Below, in pieces: positions 38,626 through 50,386 of a DNA stretch of 64,000 nt. Source of the DNA: Octopus bimaculoides (lineage: Eukaryota); NCBI RefSeq assembly GCF_001194135.2, contig NC_068984.1, positions 103,651,845 through 103,715,844 of the forward strand, read 5' to 3'. The notes beneath the pieces are model-generated. The model did no database searches and was not told the DNA's origin. It saw nothing but the letters and a program-made list of their open reading frames with translations. The first letter of the stretch is position 1. Each line of letters opens with the position of its first letter. Both the position numbers and the translations under genes were made by a program.

Positions 38626-39789
38626 TGCTACTCTAATCTCCTAGCTCAAAATCAACTTTTAAGTGGTTTTGTGCTTGGAGATTAGAGGTTAATGTATGAG
38701 AAAAGGGGCCAGAGTAGAACAGGTTTCTTGTTGTAAAGCAGCTATGTGAAAGAGAATGGGAGTCAACAGGGTGGAACTGGACAAGATGAAAATAGTAATG
38801 ATGAGTCATCTGGGTAGACTCACAAGGTATGAGGTGAGGAGAACTGGGAATGTTGGTGGGTTGAGGTTGCAGGAGTGTATGAGAAATGGTTGAGGGGATG
38901 AATATAATGAAGTGTTGGGAATGATAAATGGAGAAGGTAAACAAGAGTAGGTGACTACTGTAAAGATTAGCTTGTAGTGAAAAGTAGATAGTTGGGGAAC
39001 TGACTAAATTTAAAGCAATAAAATTGTCTATTATACATAAGACGCATTAAAAAAAAATCAGCTTCATTTTCATAACAAGAAAAAGTGACAAATCGCAAAA
39101 CACTGTTTAGTTTTTATAGTGATGCTCATTTTTATTTCACAAAAGGAAGCGGGGAGGGGACTTGAATGTTCAAGTTCCAATTTAAATTATTGCTGTTATA
39201 CAATACTGACATACTGCTAAACCATTACTGTAAACATGAGATATATGCCATGGTAAATATTGTTGTAGTGTTTTGTAAACAAAATCATGATTCATAAGTA
39301 AGTACTTATTTATCAAAATAGGATATTCATTTTAAGTTTATTTTCCTGGTTTGCTGAAATCCAAGAAGCACCAATAAGAACTACAATCATAACTGACTTT
39401 GACACTTATTCACTATGCAGCAAACCATATTTCTACTTTATGAAAATTAACTCAAAGCAAAGTACATAAAGTTATAAATAATACCATGTAAATATTGGGT
39501 TTTAAATGTGAAAGGCTGCCTCTCATTTCTGCAAAATATAGAGGTTCAAGTCCCACAGGTATCCTTCACCCAATATTTATAGCTTTATGCTTCAAGATCC
39601 ACTGTTCCCAAAAAGAATAATAAAATCATTTTTCTTTAATGGAATAGCATGTGTAACTCAAGTTTGACTTTTCCTATTACTGAAGTCATATTTGCAGGCA
39701 AGTTGGTTTTCAAACCTTTTATCTGGTACAAGATCACCTCCTCCAGGGCCTCTTCCCCCCGCAAAAGATCTTTTGTTTTGCAAGTTACT

Positions 39790-40088
39790 TGATGACCCTG
39801 CCAGTGCTGGTGCCACATAAAAAGCATCCAGTCCACATTGTAAAATGGTTGGCATTTAGAAGGACATCTAGCTGTAAAATCCATCCCAAAACTGTCCTAG
39901 CCTGTGCTCATGCCATGTAAAAAACCACTCCTTCTACTCTGTTGGGTGGTTGGTGTTAGAAATGGCATCCAGCCATAAAGACCATGCCAAAACAGACAGA
40001 AACTAGTGCGGTCTTCTGCTTGGTCGACCCCTGTCAAACCATCCAAATCATGCTAGCATGGAAGACAGACATTAAATGATGATGATGG
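39790..40088 (+). mobile_element. Tandem RTE 3' UTR fragments
   Basis: Two ggttgg...ggcatc(c/t)agc modules ending catgctagcatggaagacagacattaaatgatgatgat. Confidence 0.65.
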
Positions 40089-40499
40089 CAATCATGATTG
40101 GTCAGTTGCATTCTTATGACAATGTCACTGACTGGCTAAAAGTATGACTTCTACAAAAATGTGGAAACAAAAAAAAAAAAAAGAAAATCTTTGGTTTTCA
40201 ATAATTAACATCCAATTTTTGTTGCTGGGGATAATCAGATTTTTCATATTTTCTTCAAACAATTTTGTGGTATATGCATGCCTGAGTATTCTGTATGGTA
40301 GCCAAATCTGGACTCTGAACAGACTAGCTAGAACATAAATGCATCCCATGTCATAATTCAATATTCCTCATGCTCCATAGTTGTTGAAATACACTCAGAA
40401 AAGAATCTCTTATCAGCTCTGTGAAGTTAATGTCTCAAGACATCACTACAAATCCAAGGCATCTGAATCATAGTTACCATCTTGGCCAAAACATCCAAT

Positions 40500-40800
40500 T
40501 TATCTAGGCTTAGAATTGGATGTTATTGGACATAAGAACAAGTAGATAATTGGTGGATGAGAGGATGAAAAGCCAAGTTCATCAGAGTTGATTGTGTGAA
40601 ATAAAGAGAGCTCTGCCTACATATGCTGTGGATAGGAAGCTACCAATCCAAGAAATAGGAGACAGCTGCCAAATGCAACTGAAAGCTTTCCTGGTGTCAA
40701 GAATAACAATATTACTGTCCCTGAACTCCTCTTTGGTGAAAACCCACTGGTGGAGGCATAGGAGAGTGGTTGTCAAGTAGATCTGACATTACAAAAGTTG
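40500..40800 (-). mobile_element. Highly decayed non-LTR RT fragment (L2/CR1-like)
   Basis: Minus ORF LHQW...IVILDTRKAFSCIWQ...WIGSFL resembles the LDISKAFDRVWH...WISSFL segment of RT. Confidence 0.45.
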
Positions 40801-40889
40801 CATTAGTAATCATTAAGGAGAGAGAGATGGTATGACATTATTGTCTCTATCACCTTTAAGGTATTGGTAGTGAGGTTGACTTTCTTATA

Positions 40890-41065
40890 TAATCATCATT
40901 ATTTAATGTCCGTTTTCCATGCTGGCATGGGTTGGATGGTTTGACAGGAGCTGTCTAGACTCCAATTGTCTATTGCGACATGGTCTCTATAGCTGGATGT
41001 CCTTCTTAGTGCCAACCACTTTACAATGCTGAGTGCTTTTTACATGCCACCAGCACCTGTAAAGG
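40890..41065 (-). mobile_element. RTE LINE 3' UTR fragment
   Basis: atcatcattatttaatgtccgttttccatgctggcatgggttggatggtttgacagg...gccaaccactttacaatg. Confidence 0.7.
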
Positions 41066-41092
41066 ACATATTTTCTGCATAGGGATAACTGC

Positions 41093-41123
<31 letters not shown>

Positions 41124-41229
41124 ACATAGGGGTAAAAATAAGAAGCATGAAGTCATATAGAAGGGTCTACATAAGAGTGAGATTAGTTGAAATGAAAGAA
41201 ATAGAAAATAGATCAACAAAGAAAACAAT

Positions 41230-41300
<71 letters not shown>

Positions 41301-42113
41301 TTATATTTATATTGCCCTACTCTTCGAAACGCCTGTGTTAGAATGGGGGTAGCTGATGAAGGAAAATGTAGCCTGTGTGTTTTCTGTACTCTGATTATTA
41401 TTATTTTTTTGTCTACGTTTTGTTTGCAATGTCCTGTACCCAGATATGCACCTATATATACAGATAGATGCAGGTATGCACATACTTGTACATATATATG
41501 CATACACACATACAAATAAATCAGCACTCTGTTGGTTACAATGATGAGTGTTCCAGTTAAAACATGCAAGTGACTGAGCACTCCACAAACATGCATACCC
41601 TTAGCATAGTTCTCAGAGAGACTCAACATGACACAGAATGTGATAAGTCTGGCCCATTGAATTACAAACTCAATATATTTCAATGTAAAGTTTTATACAT
41701 ACATAATGTTCAACAATTATATGAAGGATTTTATAAAGAGTAGAGCAAAGCCTGTTAGATTCTCCAGTCAAAAGGAACTAAATGAGACTTAGAAAGGTGA
41801 ATGTATCAGAATGTAACTTAGTTTATTATAATGAAGAGGAGGGTATGGTCACCAAGTTAGATCATACACATGTAGGATTATCCATAACTCAAATATACAC
41901 ACAAATAAATATGTACACATAGAACACACATGAATGTGTATAAAAGCTATTAAAACATATATAACTATGCACAGCATCCATCTACATAATCATTCACACA
42001 AATATATAGACTTCTCATAATAGAAAAGTGAAAGAATGTCAAACATAAAACACACACCTTGCATATAACTGGTGATATAATGAGAATTCATAGAAATAAA
42101 GGTGGGTGGACAG

Positions 42114-42116
<3 letters not shown>

Positions 42117-42192
<76 letters not shown>

Positions 42193-42518
42193 GGTATGGC
42201 TGTGTGGTAAGAAGCGCTTGCTTCCCAACCACATGGTTCCGGGTTCAGGTTGACCAAAGCCTTGTGAGTGGATTTGGTAGATGAAAACTGAAAGAAGCCC
42301 ATTGTGTGTGTGTGTGTGTGTCATTGTGTCTCTGTTTGTCCCCCACCACCACTTAATAACTGTCCCTGTAACCTAGTGGTTCAGCAAAAGAGACTGATAG
42401 AATCAGTACCAGGCTTTAAAAAAAATACGTCCTGGGATTGATTTGTTCGACTAAAACTCTTCGTGACAGTGCCCCAGCCTAGCCGCAGTCAAATGACTGA
42501 AACAAGTAAAAGAAAAGA
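42117..42518 (+). mobile_element. (TA)n followed by family A SINE
   Basis: (TA)n 42117-42188; head gcaggtatggctgtgtggtaagaagc; tail gccgcagtcaaatgactgaaacaagtaaaag. Confidence 0.82.
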
Positions 42519-42702
42519 TATACTGTATTTTGCAGCATAGTCAGTACGGCATTATCAGAGAAGCATTCTGATTTTGTAATTGTGATTCTAGAAAAAAGCA
42601 AGTTTATACATACCCAAAGCCCTGTCCACACAGTCTGACAGTACCTGGTAGGCACGCAATAATTGCCTGTTATCAGACAAAATTGTTGAGTGAAATCACC
42701 TT

Positions 42703-43182
42703 TGTTGTGGCGAGAGTCATTGACACCTCTGGGGGATTGGAAGAGTGGACTAGCCAAACTCTTAAGCATGCCAACAAGAGGTCAATAGAAGTCAGTGTGT
42801 TGGTGCAAATTGAACTCATACCAAACCTATAAGTGTCCATTATGGTAGTTGTTCAAATTACTGTGTTGGTCCTGCAGCTAGAATGTGGTAGGGGTTCAAT
42901 TCCCCTGCTCACAATATATCAGATACAGCTGTGCTGTGTTAACCAGCTAGAGGAGATGTCTTCTTGGGGTTAAAAAATCACACTAAAGTCTGTTCGAGTG
43001 AAAAACAAGTGCTTAGTACAACAAAAAGCAAGTGCTAACAAGAGTGCTCAGTACAAGGAAAATCAACAGTGTTGTGTGCAACTAACAGTACTACCCAAGA
43101 GTCGGGCAGCAATTATGTTACATCTGGCAATGAGTTGTCAAGGATATAAAAGTGGCGACGAGGTATTCGAAGCTTGTGTCAG

Positions 43183-43248
<66 letters not shown>

Positions 43249-44417
43249 GTACGAAGTCACAGGAAAAAAATCATTAACATGAAAGACTTATTGGCTTGCA
43301 TGGTGCAGTTGCAACAGCAACATCAGTTACAGCAACAACGAGAATACCAACAGTTACTGGAAGTAACGTTGAAGAAGTCTGAAAATACTTCAGATTCGTA
43401 CTCGTCAGACAGCATAGCAAACTCAATTGAACATATCACTATTCCTCCATATCACCCAAGATCAAATGGGCAAGCGGAAAGGTTTGTGGATACATTTAAA
43501 AGAGCATTGAAGAAATCAAGAAACAAACTAGCCGATGACAAAACATTGACCCAATTCTTGAGGGTTTATAGGATAACTCCAAACCCAAACACTTTTTCAG
43601 GCAAGTCACCTGCGGAACTAATGTTTGCTCGAAAAATAAAGCAATTTTCGGCAAGCTGTTACCAGTAAGAAAAACAAATAGGGAAAACACTAAAATTACA
43701 ACAAAGTATTTTAATATCAGTGACAAGGTGTTTTTCAAAATATATAAAAATGGAAGACAAGGCTGGGAAGACGGAATAGTAACAAAAATAATAGGCAAAA
43801 TGACATGTATAAGAGGAGGTGTGTTGGTGCGAACTGAACTCGCACCAAACCCATAAGTGTCCATAATGGTGTCTATAGTTGTTTGAATTACTGTGTATTG
43901 GTCCCATAGCGAGAATGTGGTAGTTCAATTCTCCTACTCACAATATATCAGATACAGCTGACACAAAGACATTTAAACCAGCTAAAAAATAGATATAAGG
44001 AAAAAAGAAAAGAGATACCCATGGAAGTGTTCTTTGACACCTTTGATGTTCCAGCGCCACAAGAAATTGAACCTAAGCAGAGCAGCACAAGAAAGAGAAA
44101 ACAAACAGAATGGTTGGAAGTAGTGCCTAAATAGAAGAAATATTAAACTTCCCTTGGAGGAAAATCTCAAAAAGGGAATGTGATAAAAGAAAATAAATAA
44201 ATAATAATATTAACTTCCAACGAAAGTCAATCTCAAAGGGGGAGATTGTGGCAAGTGTCATTGACACCCCTGGAGGATTGGAAAAATGGACAAGAGGTTG
44301 GTAGGGGTCATTGAGAGGGCATTTTGGAGTCTCGCGAAGTACATCGTGTGAACACATTGATTTTACCTCTGAATGATTAAATTATCCAATGCTTGTCAAG
44401 GATATAAAAACTTTACA
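42703..44417 (+). mobile_element. Internally deleted Gypsy-type LTR retrotransposon
   Basis: LTR starts (tg)ttgtggcgagagtcattgacacc at 42703 and ttgtggcaagtgtcattgacacc at 44246; both carry ttgtcaaggatataaaa near their ends. PBS-like gtggcgacgagg at about 43152; PPT aaagggggaga 44235-44245. ORF has a gag-like Q-rich start fused to an integrase tail PYHPRSNGQAERFVDTFK...SPAELMF. No TSD found. Confidence 0.8.
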
Positions 44418-46079
44418 ACGGCCATCTATTTGGTGGTTTGCTGCCTGATATTATTGTAATACGTAACACTATGCTCTTAGCTTTAACTTCCCTTAGATTA
44501 TTCATTTGTTTACTGAGTAACTGTAATTGTATTGATCTCAACAATATTAGTTAAATGTTTTATAGTACAGGAAATACTAGCAATTGCTATGTAATGAAAT
44601 AAGTTTTTGTAAGAGGCTGATTTCATTTAACTCAAAAAAAAAAACCATGGCAGTAACTTCTTAACTAGCACTGTGGAAGGCATGGTAACTTTCAAGATAT
44701 TTGTTTTGTAAAACAAATACCTTTCTTTTTGTTTTACAAAAAAAAAAGTCTCTACCATGCCACAAAATATGTATGTGTGCGATGTTACCAGTGTTGTCTT
44801 TGTGTCTAATTGTTGTGTGTGTATGTACTCCTATCATATTCTTTTCATTTCTTTGATAGTCACAAATGACAGCATTATTATAGAAACCTGTTCATTATTA
44901 TACCAACATTTTAGAGACAATTGATGTGTGGGTGTATAAGTGAGAAGCTATTTCAAACAATCGCTTTGTAGCTTGTTTGGTGCAGCAGCAGCATTAAAAG
45001 ACTAAAATTTCAACAGTTGTGACTGTTTTTAAACAGAAAATAATCAGTAAGTCAGAAAAATCTAAAAGAAAAAAATGTTTGCTCTATGGTACACTGTTAA
45101 ATGTTGCATAAATTACCAATTTAGAAACCTTTAATAATTGTTTTGAATGGGTAAAATAATTTTAAATGGTTTTAATTAGTTTTAATGAAAATCTTTTTTT
45201 GATAGTTGAAATGCCATGGGAATTCAAGTAATGATATTAATTACTATCTTAGTACTCTTTTCTGTTTATGTACTGACTCACCTACTCTTTACTCTCTTCA
45301 CATATCTCTTTTCAACACTACCACACTGACCTACCTATACTTCCCCCACCATAACCTATCACACACAACTGCCACTACTATCATAAACTGCCTATACTAA
45401 AAAATGCTGGACACTATAGTGTTGCAAGCCAATAACATGGCATAATTGTAAATTTGCAGATAAGTAAATTAAGACCATTTGCTTAAATCCTTTAGTTCTA
45501 AGACAGTGAAGTCACATCAATGATATACTTTTGCTATATTAGATAAGTGTTGTGTACAAGATAAAAGATCAGGTCAGAATTGGTGTCCAGCAGCAATACC
45601 TCAAGCTGTTCTTCTCAATTCTTCAACAGTATTAAATGTTTTCTAGTATAGGAAATACTAACAATTGCTAAGTAATGAAGTAAGTATTTATAAAGGGCTG
45701 ATTTCGGTTAATTTAAAGTAATCCATGGCAGTAACTTCTCAACTAGTACTGTGAAAGCATGATAATTTTCAAGATATTTGTTCCTGTGCTCCTAATTCTT
45801 TGATCTGGTTTCAAATCTAGAAAATGCTGGCTGAAGACAATACATGTTCATCTGTCAGTGACGAGGACCATCTAGACAGCCTTAAAGATGACTGATGACT
45901 TGCACTGTGAGTTTCTTTAAAGTGAAGAAGAGCTGCACTCCACCAACCTCACTCTCTTATCCTTGACTATCTTCAGTCCAGTGGCAAGACCAGGTCATGA
46001 TGACTGGACAACAAATATGCAATGTCAAGACAAGAAGGCACAAACATATTCATATACCCACACTCACACACACACATTG

Positions 46080-46220
46080 TGTGATGGGCTTCTTTCAGTT
46101 TTTATCTATCAAATCCACTTACAAAACTTTAGTCAGCCTGAGGCTATAGTAGAAAGCATTTGCACCAAGGTGCCACATACTGGGATCGAACCCAAAACAT
46201 GTGGTTTGGAAGTAAAGCCA
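46080..46220 (-). mobile_element. SINE family A 5' half
   Basis: gatgggcttctttcagtttttatctatcaaatccactt...gggatcgaaccc. Confidence 0.72.
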
Positions 46221-46739
46221 TGTCTGTTCTGAGGAAATAAAATCTTATGAACTCTGTGACACTTTTTTTTTTTAACTATGATTAATATAACAGTGTTTTG
46301 CATTTTAGCATAGTTTATGCATTTAAAAAATTGCTTATCAAATTAATTTTATTAAAATATTGTGTGAATGTCTTAAATGTAATTATCTTTTATTGCATAT
46401 CAATCAGTTCTGCTTGATTCAGTTTGGTATAAAGTAAATTTACTAATTGCTAATATTGAGATGATAGATTTCATGTGTGGCAAAATTACAGTGACTTCAA
46501 AGTTTCTTCAGGTTCCCTGAAGAAAGTGAAAATGCAAAACTTCAAAGTCACTGTCAGACTTTCTTTGTAAAAGTTTGATATGTGCTCAACTAAAACTAAG
46601 TATTGAATAATCCTTTGTTTTAATGTTTGTTTTAATATATATAACTTTATATAAGAATAGTCAAAAAAAAACATTACAAGAACTGAATCACCCCAGAGAC
46701 CATTCACTAAAAAAATCACAGACATGATTGATCTTGATT

Positions 46740-47200
46740 ATTAGGACTGCCTTAAAACATTACATCTTATTCTGTCCAACACCACTGAGCACTACATCAT
46801 TTGCACAATGTGGAGAATATACTACTGGCATTGCCCAAACAACGTTGGCATTAGATTCAGAATTTATCCAATGAGGCCACATGCCACATGCCATATGCCC
46901 CTGCACAATTCAGGATCACAACACATAAATTCACTGCAACACAATTTCTTTTCCTAAACAGGCCCTGCTCTATTTAACATCCCAAAACAAATCAAAGAAG
47001 AAAAAAGATCACATTACCTTCAACTAAAACCTGGACAAATTTCTTCAAGGGATACCAGATAAGCAACCTATACCTGGATACATCTCGATCAACAACTCCT
47101 TACTTGGATGGTCCATGATACCACACAACTTAACAGATCCTGTCAACTGGTGCTGTTAAGTTTGACATGACCTGAGCCAATCTTTGGCTGAAACATATCT
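46740..47200 (+). mobile_element. CR1-clade LINE 3' fragment
   Basis: Decayed C-terminus GPALFNI...KEEKD...LDKFLQGIPDK...PGY...NNSLLGW followed by tail catgacctgagccaatctttggctgaaac. Confidence 0.65.
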
Positions 47201-47331
47201 AAGTTACATACGTGCGTGTGTGTGTTTTGTGCATTTGAAGCCAATTTTATAAAGTGTTTTTCAGAAAATACTAAAATAATATTTAAATAAATTAATTTTG
47301 TTTTGTAATTATATTTTTTCTTTTAATTTAG

Positions 47332-47508
47332 AAAGCCTTATACATCAAGTGACAGTGAATATAATGAGACATAAACCTCGTTTTGTCAATCAACCCAAAC
47401 CTCTAAAAGCTGTGGTGAACACAACTACGAAAGCAGGAGCTCTGGTCTACACCCTTCTAAGTCGGTCTGACAATCCTGGAAATATAATCAAATACAGAAT
47501 GATTGATC
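47332..47508 (+). CDS. CadN: Neural-cadherin-like gene, coding exon 2 (end of EC1, start of EC2)
   Basis: Acceptor ttttaatttAG at 47330-47331, donor C|GTGAGT at 47508/47509, phase 1-1, 177 nt. Joins exon 1 as ...FNITNGAKSLIHQVTVNIMRHKPRFVNQPKPLKAVV... Confidence 0.88.
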
Positions 47509-47954
47509 GTGAGTTCAATATATATGATTTCTATTTTGATTTTGATAAAGTGACTGAAATGTGACTAAATGCTTTGCAGTATATAATTAGAAGATCCCTT
47601 TACATTTCTAAGTTCAAATCTTACCTTGGCTGACTTCACTGTTATTCTTCCTGGGTTAAGAAAATAAGCATATAAGTACAGGTAGACAGGTGTTCATGTG
47701 TCTGTATGTGTGTGTGTGTATACGTTTATGAATCTGTTTTGCAAGATTCTTGATGTGAAACTGCATGTTGAAACATTGTTATATTTCAGGATGGTCATTT
47801 CCCCCACCTCCCCCAAATAGACACACTATATATTCATTCTTACCTTGTTTATTATTTTTCTTCAGACAATGGGCATAAGATAAAATAACAGTAATAAACA
47901 AGTGACGAGTGAATACATAGTGCGTTTATTTGGCAAAAAAAAAAATGATCATAA

Positions 47955-48115
47955 GCGCAGAAGTGACTGTGTGGTAAGTATCTTGCTTACCAACCACATG
48001 GTCCCGGGTTCAGTCCCACTGCATGGCACCTTGGGCAAGTGTCTTCTACTATAGCCTCGGGCTGACCAAAGCCTTGTGAGTGGATTTGGTAGACGGAAAC
48101 TGAAAGAAGCCCATC

Positions 48116-48171
<56 letters not shown>

Positions 48172-48336
48172 TTGTCCAGCCAACATCGCTTGACAACCGA
48201 TGCTGGTGTGTTTACGTCCCCATAACTTAGTAGTTCAGCAAAAGAAACCAATAGAATAAGTCCTGGGGTCGATTTGCTCGACTAAAAGCAATGCTCCAGC
48301 ATGGCCGCAGTCAAATGACTGAAACAAGTAAAAGAG
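47955..48336 (+). mobile_element. Young full-length SINE family A (best copy)
   Basis: A box (gtgactgtgtggt), B box (ggttcagtccc), core ggcaccttgggcaagtgtcttctactatagcctcggg, internal (TA)n(TG)n 48117-48170, tail gctccagcatggccgcagtcaaatgactgaaacaagtaaaagag. Confidence 0.88.
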
Positions 48337-48884
48337 TATCTTGAAATATAACCATATATATAAAAGAGATAGAAAGGATTTAAATAATTATACTGCTATT
48401 ATACTGATTGAAAGAAATTGATTTTTATATTAAAAATTGATTTTTATATTAAAAGTACACAATCTCTTACCTGAATCCCTTGCAACAAGGCATGTTTTGG
48501 AATTCAAAATTTTTACAGATTTTATAAATGGTCTTACAGTGTATTCATAGAATATATCCTTGAAAGTCAAGGTTCTCAAGAATAGCTTAGGTTGACATCT
48601 CCAATGCCACCACCAACTTTAACAAAAATTCTGATTTGAATATATCTGAATGGTAGGTTGAGTTTGTATTTTAAGCCTATAGTGATACTATTACAGTTGG
48701 GCAGGTAGTCATTTTTACCATCTTGCTATAATTATGAGGAAGGAACAACTGGTTAACTTCAGGATAATGTAAGAATGCACATTAAACAAGATACCTATAT
48801 AACAAACACTTAGAAAATGTGTATTAAAAATTCCTAGCGAAAATATTGCACAATTTTTCTTCATTTGTGTTATAAATATTCATA

Positions 48885-49065
48885 CTGAGTTTAGCAATAT
48901 TTCATCCATTTTATCATTTTGAGTTCAAATTCTGCTGAGGTCACTTTGCCTTTCATCCTTTTGAGGTCAATAAAATAAGTACCTGTTGAGCACTGGAGTC
49001 AATGAAATTGATTTACTCCCTTCCATGAAATTTCTAGCCTTGTGCCAAATTTTGAGATCAATATT
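48885..49065 (+). mobile_element. SINE family B
   Basis: gagttcaaattctgctgaggtcactttgcctttcatcc...aagtacctgttgagcactgg...gccttgtgccaaattttg. Confidence 0.7.
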
Positions 49066-49359
49066 CGCACTGAGTGAGATAAATAAATACTTTAAATAAA
49101 TATTATAGTTTGTCTGTTCATGATTGGCGCTAAACACATGCTTTGGTGTGCAGACAACATCCATGAAAAATCTTTTTGTTTATAGAGCTTTTCAGTTTTC
49201 AAAATTTAGGATAAGAGATTTTGCATTGCATTTCTTTAAAAAGTGGTTTCCCAAGTTTCATAATTTTCTGCTTTGTGATTGACTCTTAGAATGAGTATTA
49301 ACTCAAAATTCCTTATATATTTTGGCTTATTTTGTTTTATTTTTTTCTTTGTACTACAG

Positions 49360-49594
49360 CAAACAAATACTTTGAGTTGAATAAAGACAGTGGTGATATA
49401 ACAATTCTTTGGAAAGACAAACTCGTTCTTAATAGGTATTATCCATTGACGGTTTATGCTGTTGATATTTCTGTTACACCAAATTTGGAAACTGATCCTG
49501 AAACATTGGAAGTTTTTTATGGTGCCCTTCCACCTCAGTTCTTTAAATCAAGCTACAGTGGCTCTGTTTTTGAAAACAACCAAGCCAATCAAGT
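49360..49594 (+). CDS. CadN: Neural-cadherin-like gene, coding exon 3 (EC2, EC2-EC3 linker)
   Basis: Acceptor ttctttgtactacAG, donor GT|GTATGT, phase 1-2. Peptide PNKYFELNKDSGDITI...LEVFYGALPPQFFKSSYSGSVFENNQ. Confidence 0.88.
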
Positions 49595-50167
49595 GTATGT
49601 AATAATATTGTTTTCATTTGCTTTTCTTCCAATCACATTTTGAATTAATCAATTACAGAACTTAATTGAATCCATGACTTAAAATATTCTTAGTCAAAAT
49701 CTTTGGATTGTTAACAACTTGATTCTCACTACTATTAAAATAGTCTTTGTATATGAAACAAGGGTTAGAGGAAACTTGGAATGACATACCGGGAATAATG
49801 TTGCAATTGCAACAGGAAAATGTATTTTTATATTTAATTCAACATTTTGATGCCCATGTTCCATGGGTGGACAGTTTGACAGGATCTGATGGTTCCAAGG
49901 ACTGCATCATATTCCACTGTCTACTTTTGCATGGTTTCTATGGCTTGATGCCCTTCCTAATACCAGTCACTTTACCGCATGTATTGAGTGCTTATTTTCA
50001 TACTACCAATGCTAGTGAGGTTAACATATGGTCTGCAAGACTACAAACCTACTTTACAAAACTACTTTTAGATAGATAAAATGGAGGTAAGCAGGTATGT
50101 ATGCACTAACCAGTATTTGCATCAGCCTGCAGATATAGTGTGTTGGTATGATTGTCAGCTGTTTTAA

Positions 50168-50386
50168 CCCTTTCGTTACTAACCCGGCTGAAACCGGCTC
50201 TGACTCTGAGTGCAAATGTCTTGTTTTCATAAGTTTTGTATTATATCTTCCACCAAACCTTAGTCACAATTTATGTGCTTAACACTAGCTGAATGATAAC
50301 TAAGTTATTTTACTAAATTCTTTGTTATATTTAAAGTAATTGAAAGAAACAGAGAGCATCTCAAAATAAATACAGTAACGAAAGGG
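50168..50386. mobile_element. Young piggyBac-type MITE, family P1 (219 bp)
   Basis: TTAA-CCCTTTCGTTAC...GTAACGAAAGGG-TTAA: perfect 12-bp TIR and TTAA TSD on both sides. Confidence 0.9.

Noticed and set aside
42860-42912. tRNA-Sec-like appearance (ttcaaa plus GGTTCAATTCC) in the 140-bp module
   Set aside because: No acceptor-stem pairing or proper anticodon loop, and the second copy does not conserve these elements.
3378-47331. Hidden protocadherin-style variable exons or mutually exclusive cadherin exons in intron 1
   Set aside because: No cadherin-like ORFs or duplicated exon copies were seen, and exon 1 joins exon 2 seamlessly. Very short or highly diverged exons cannot be excluded by eye.
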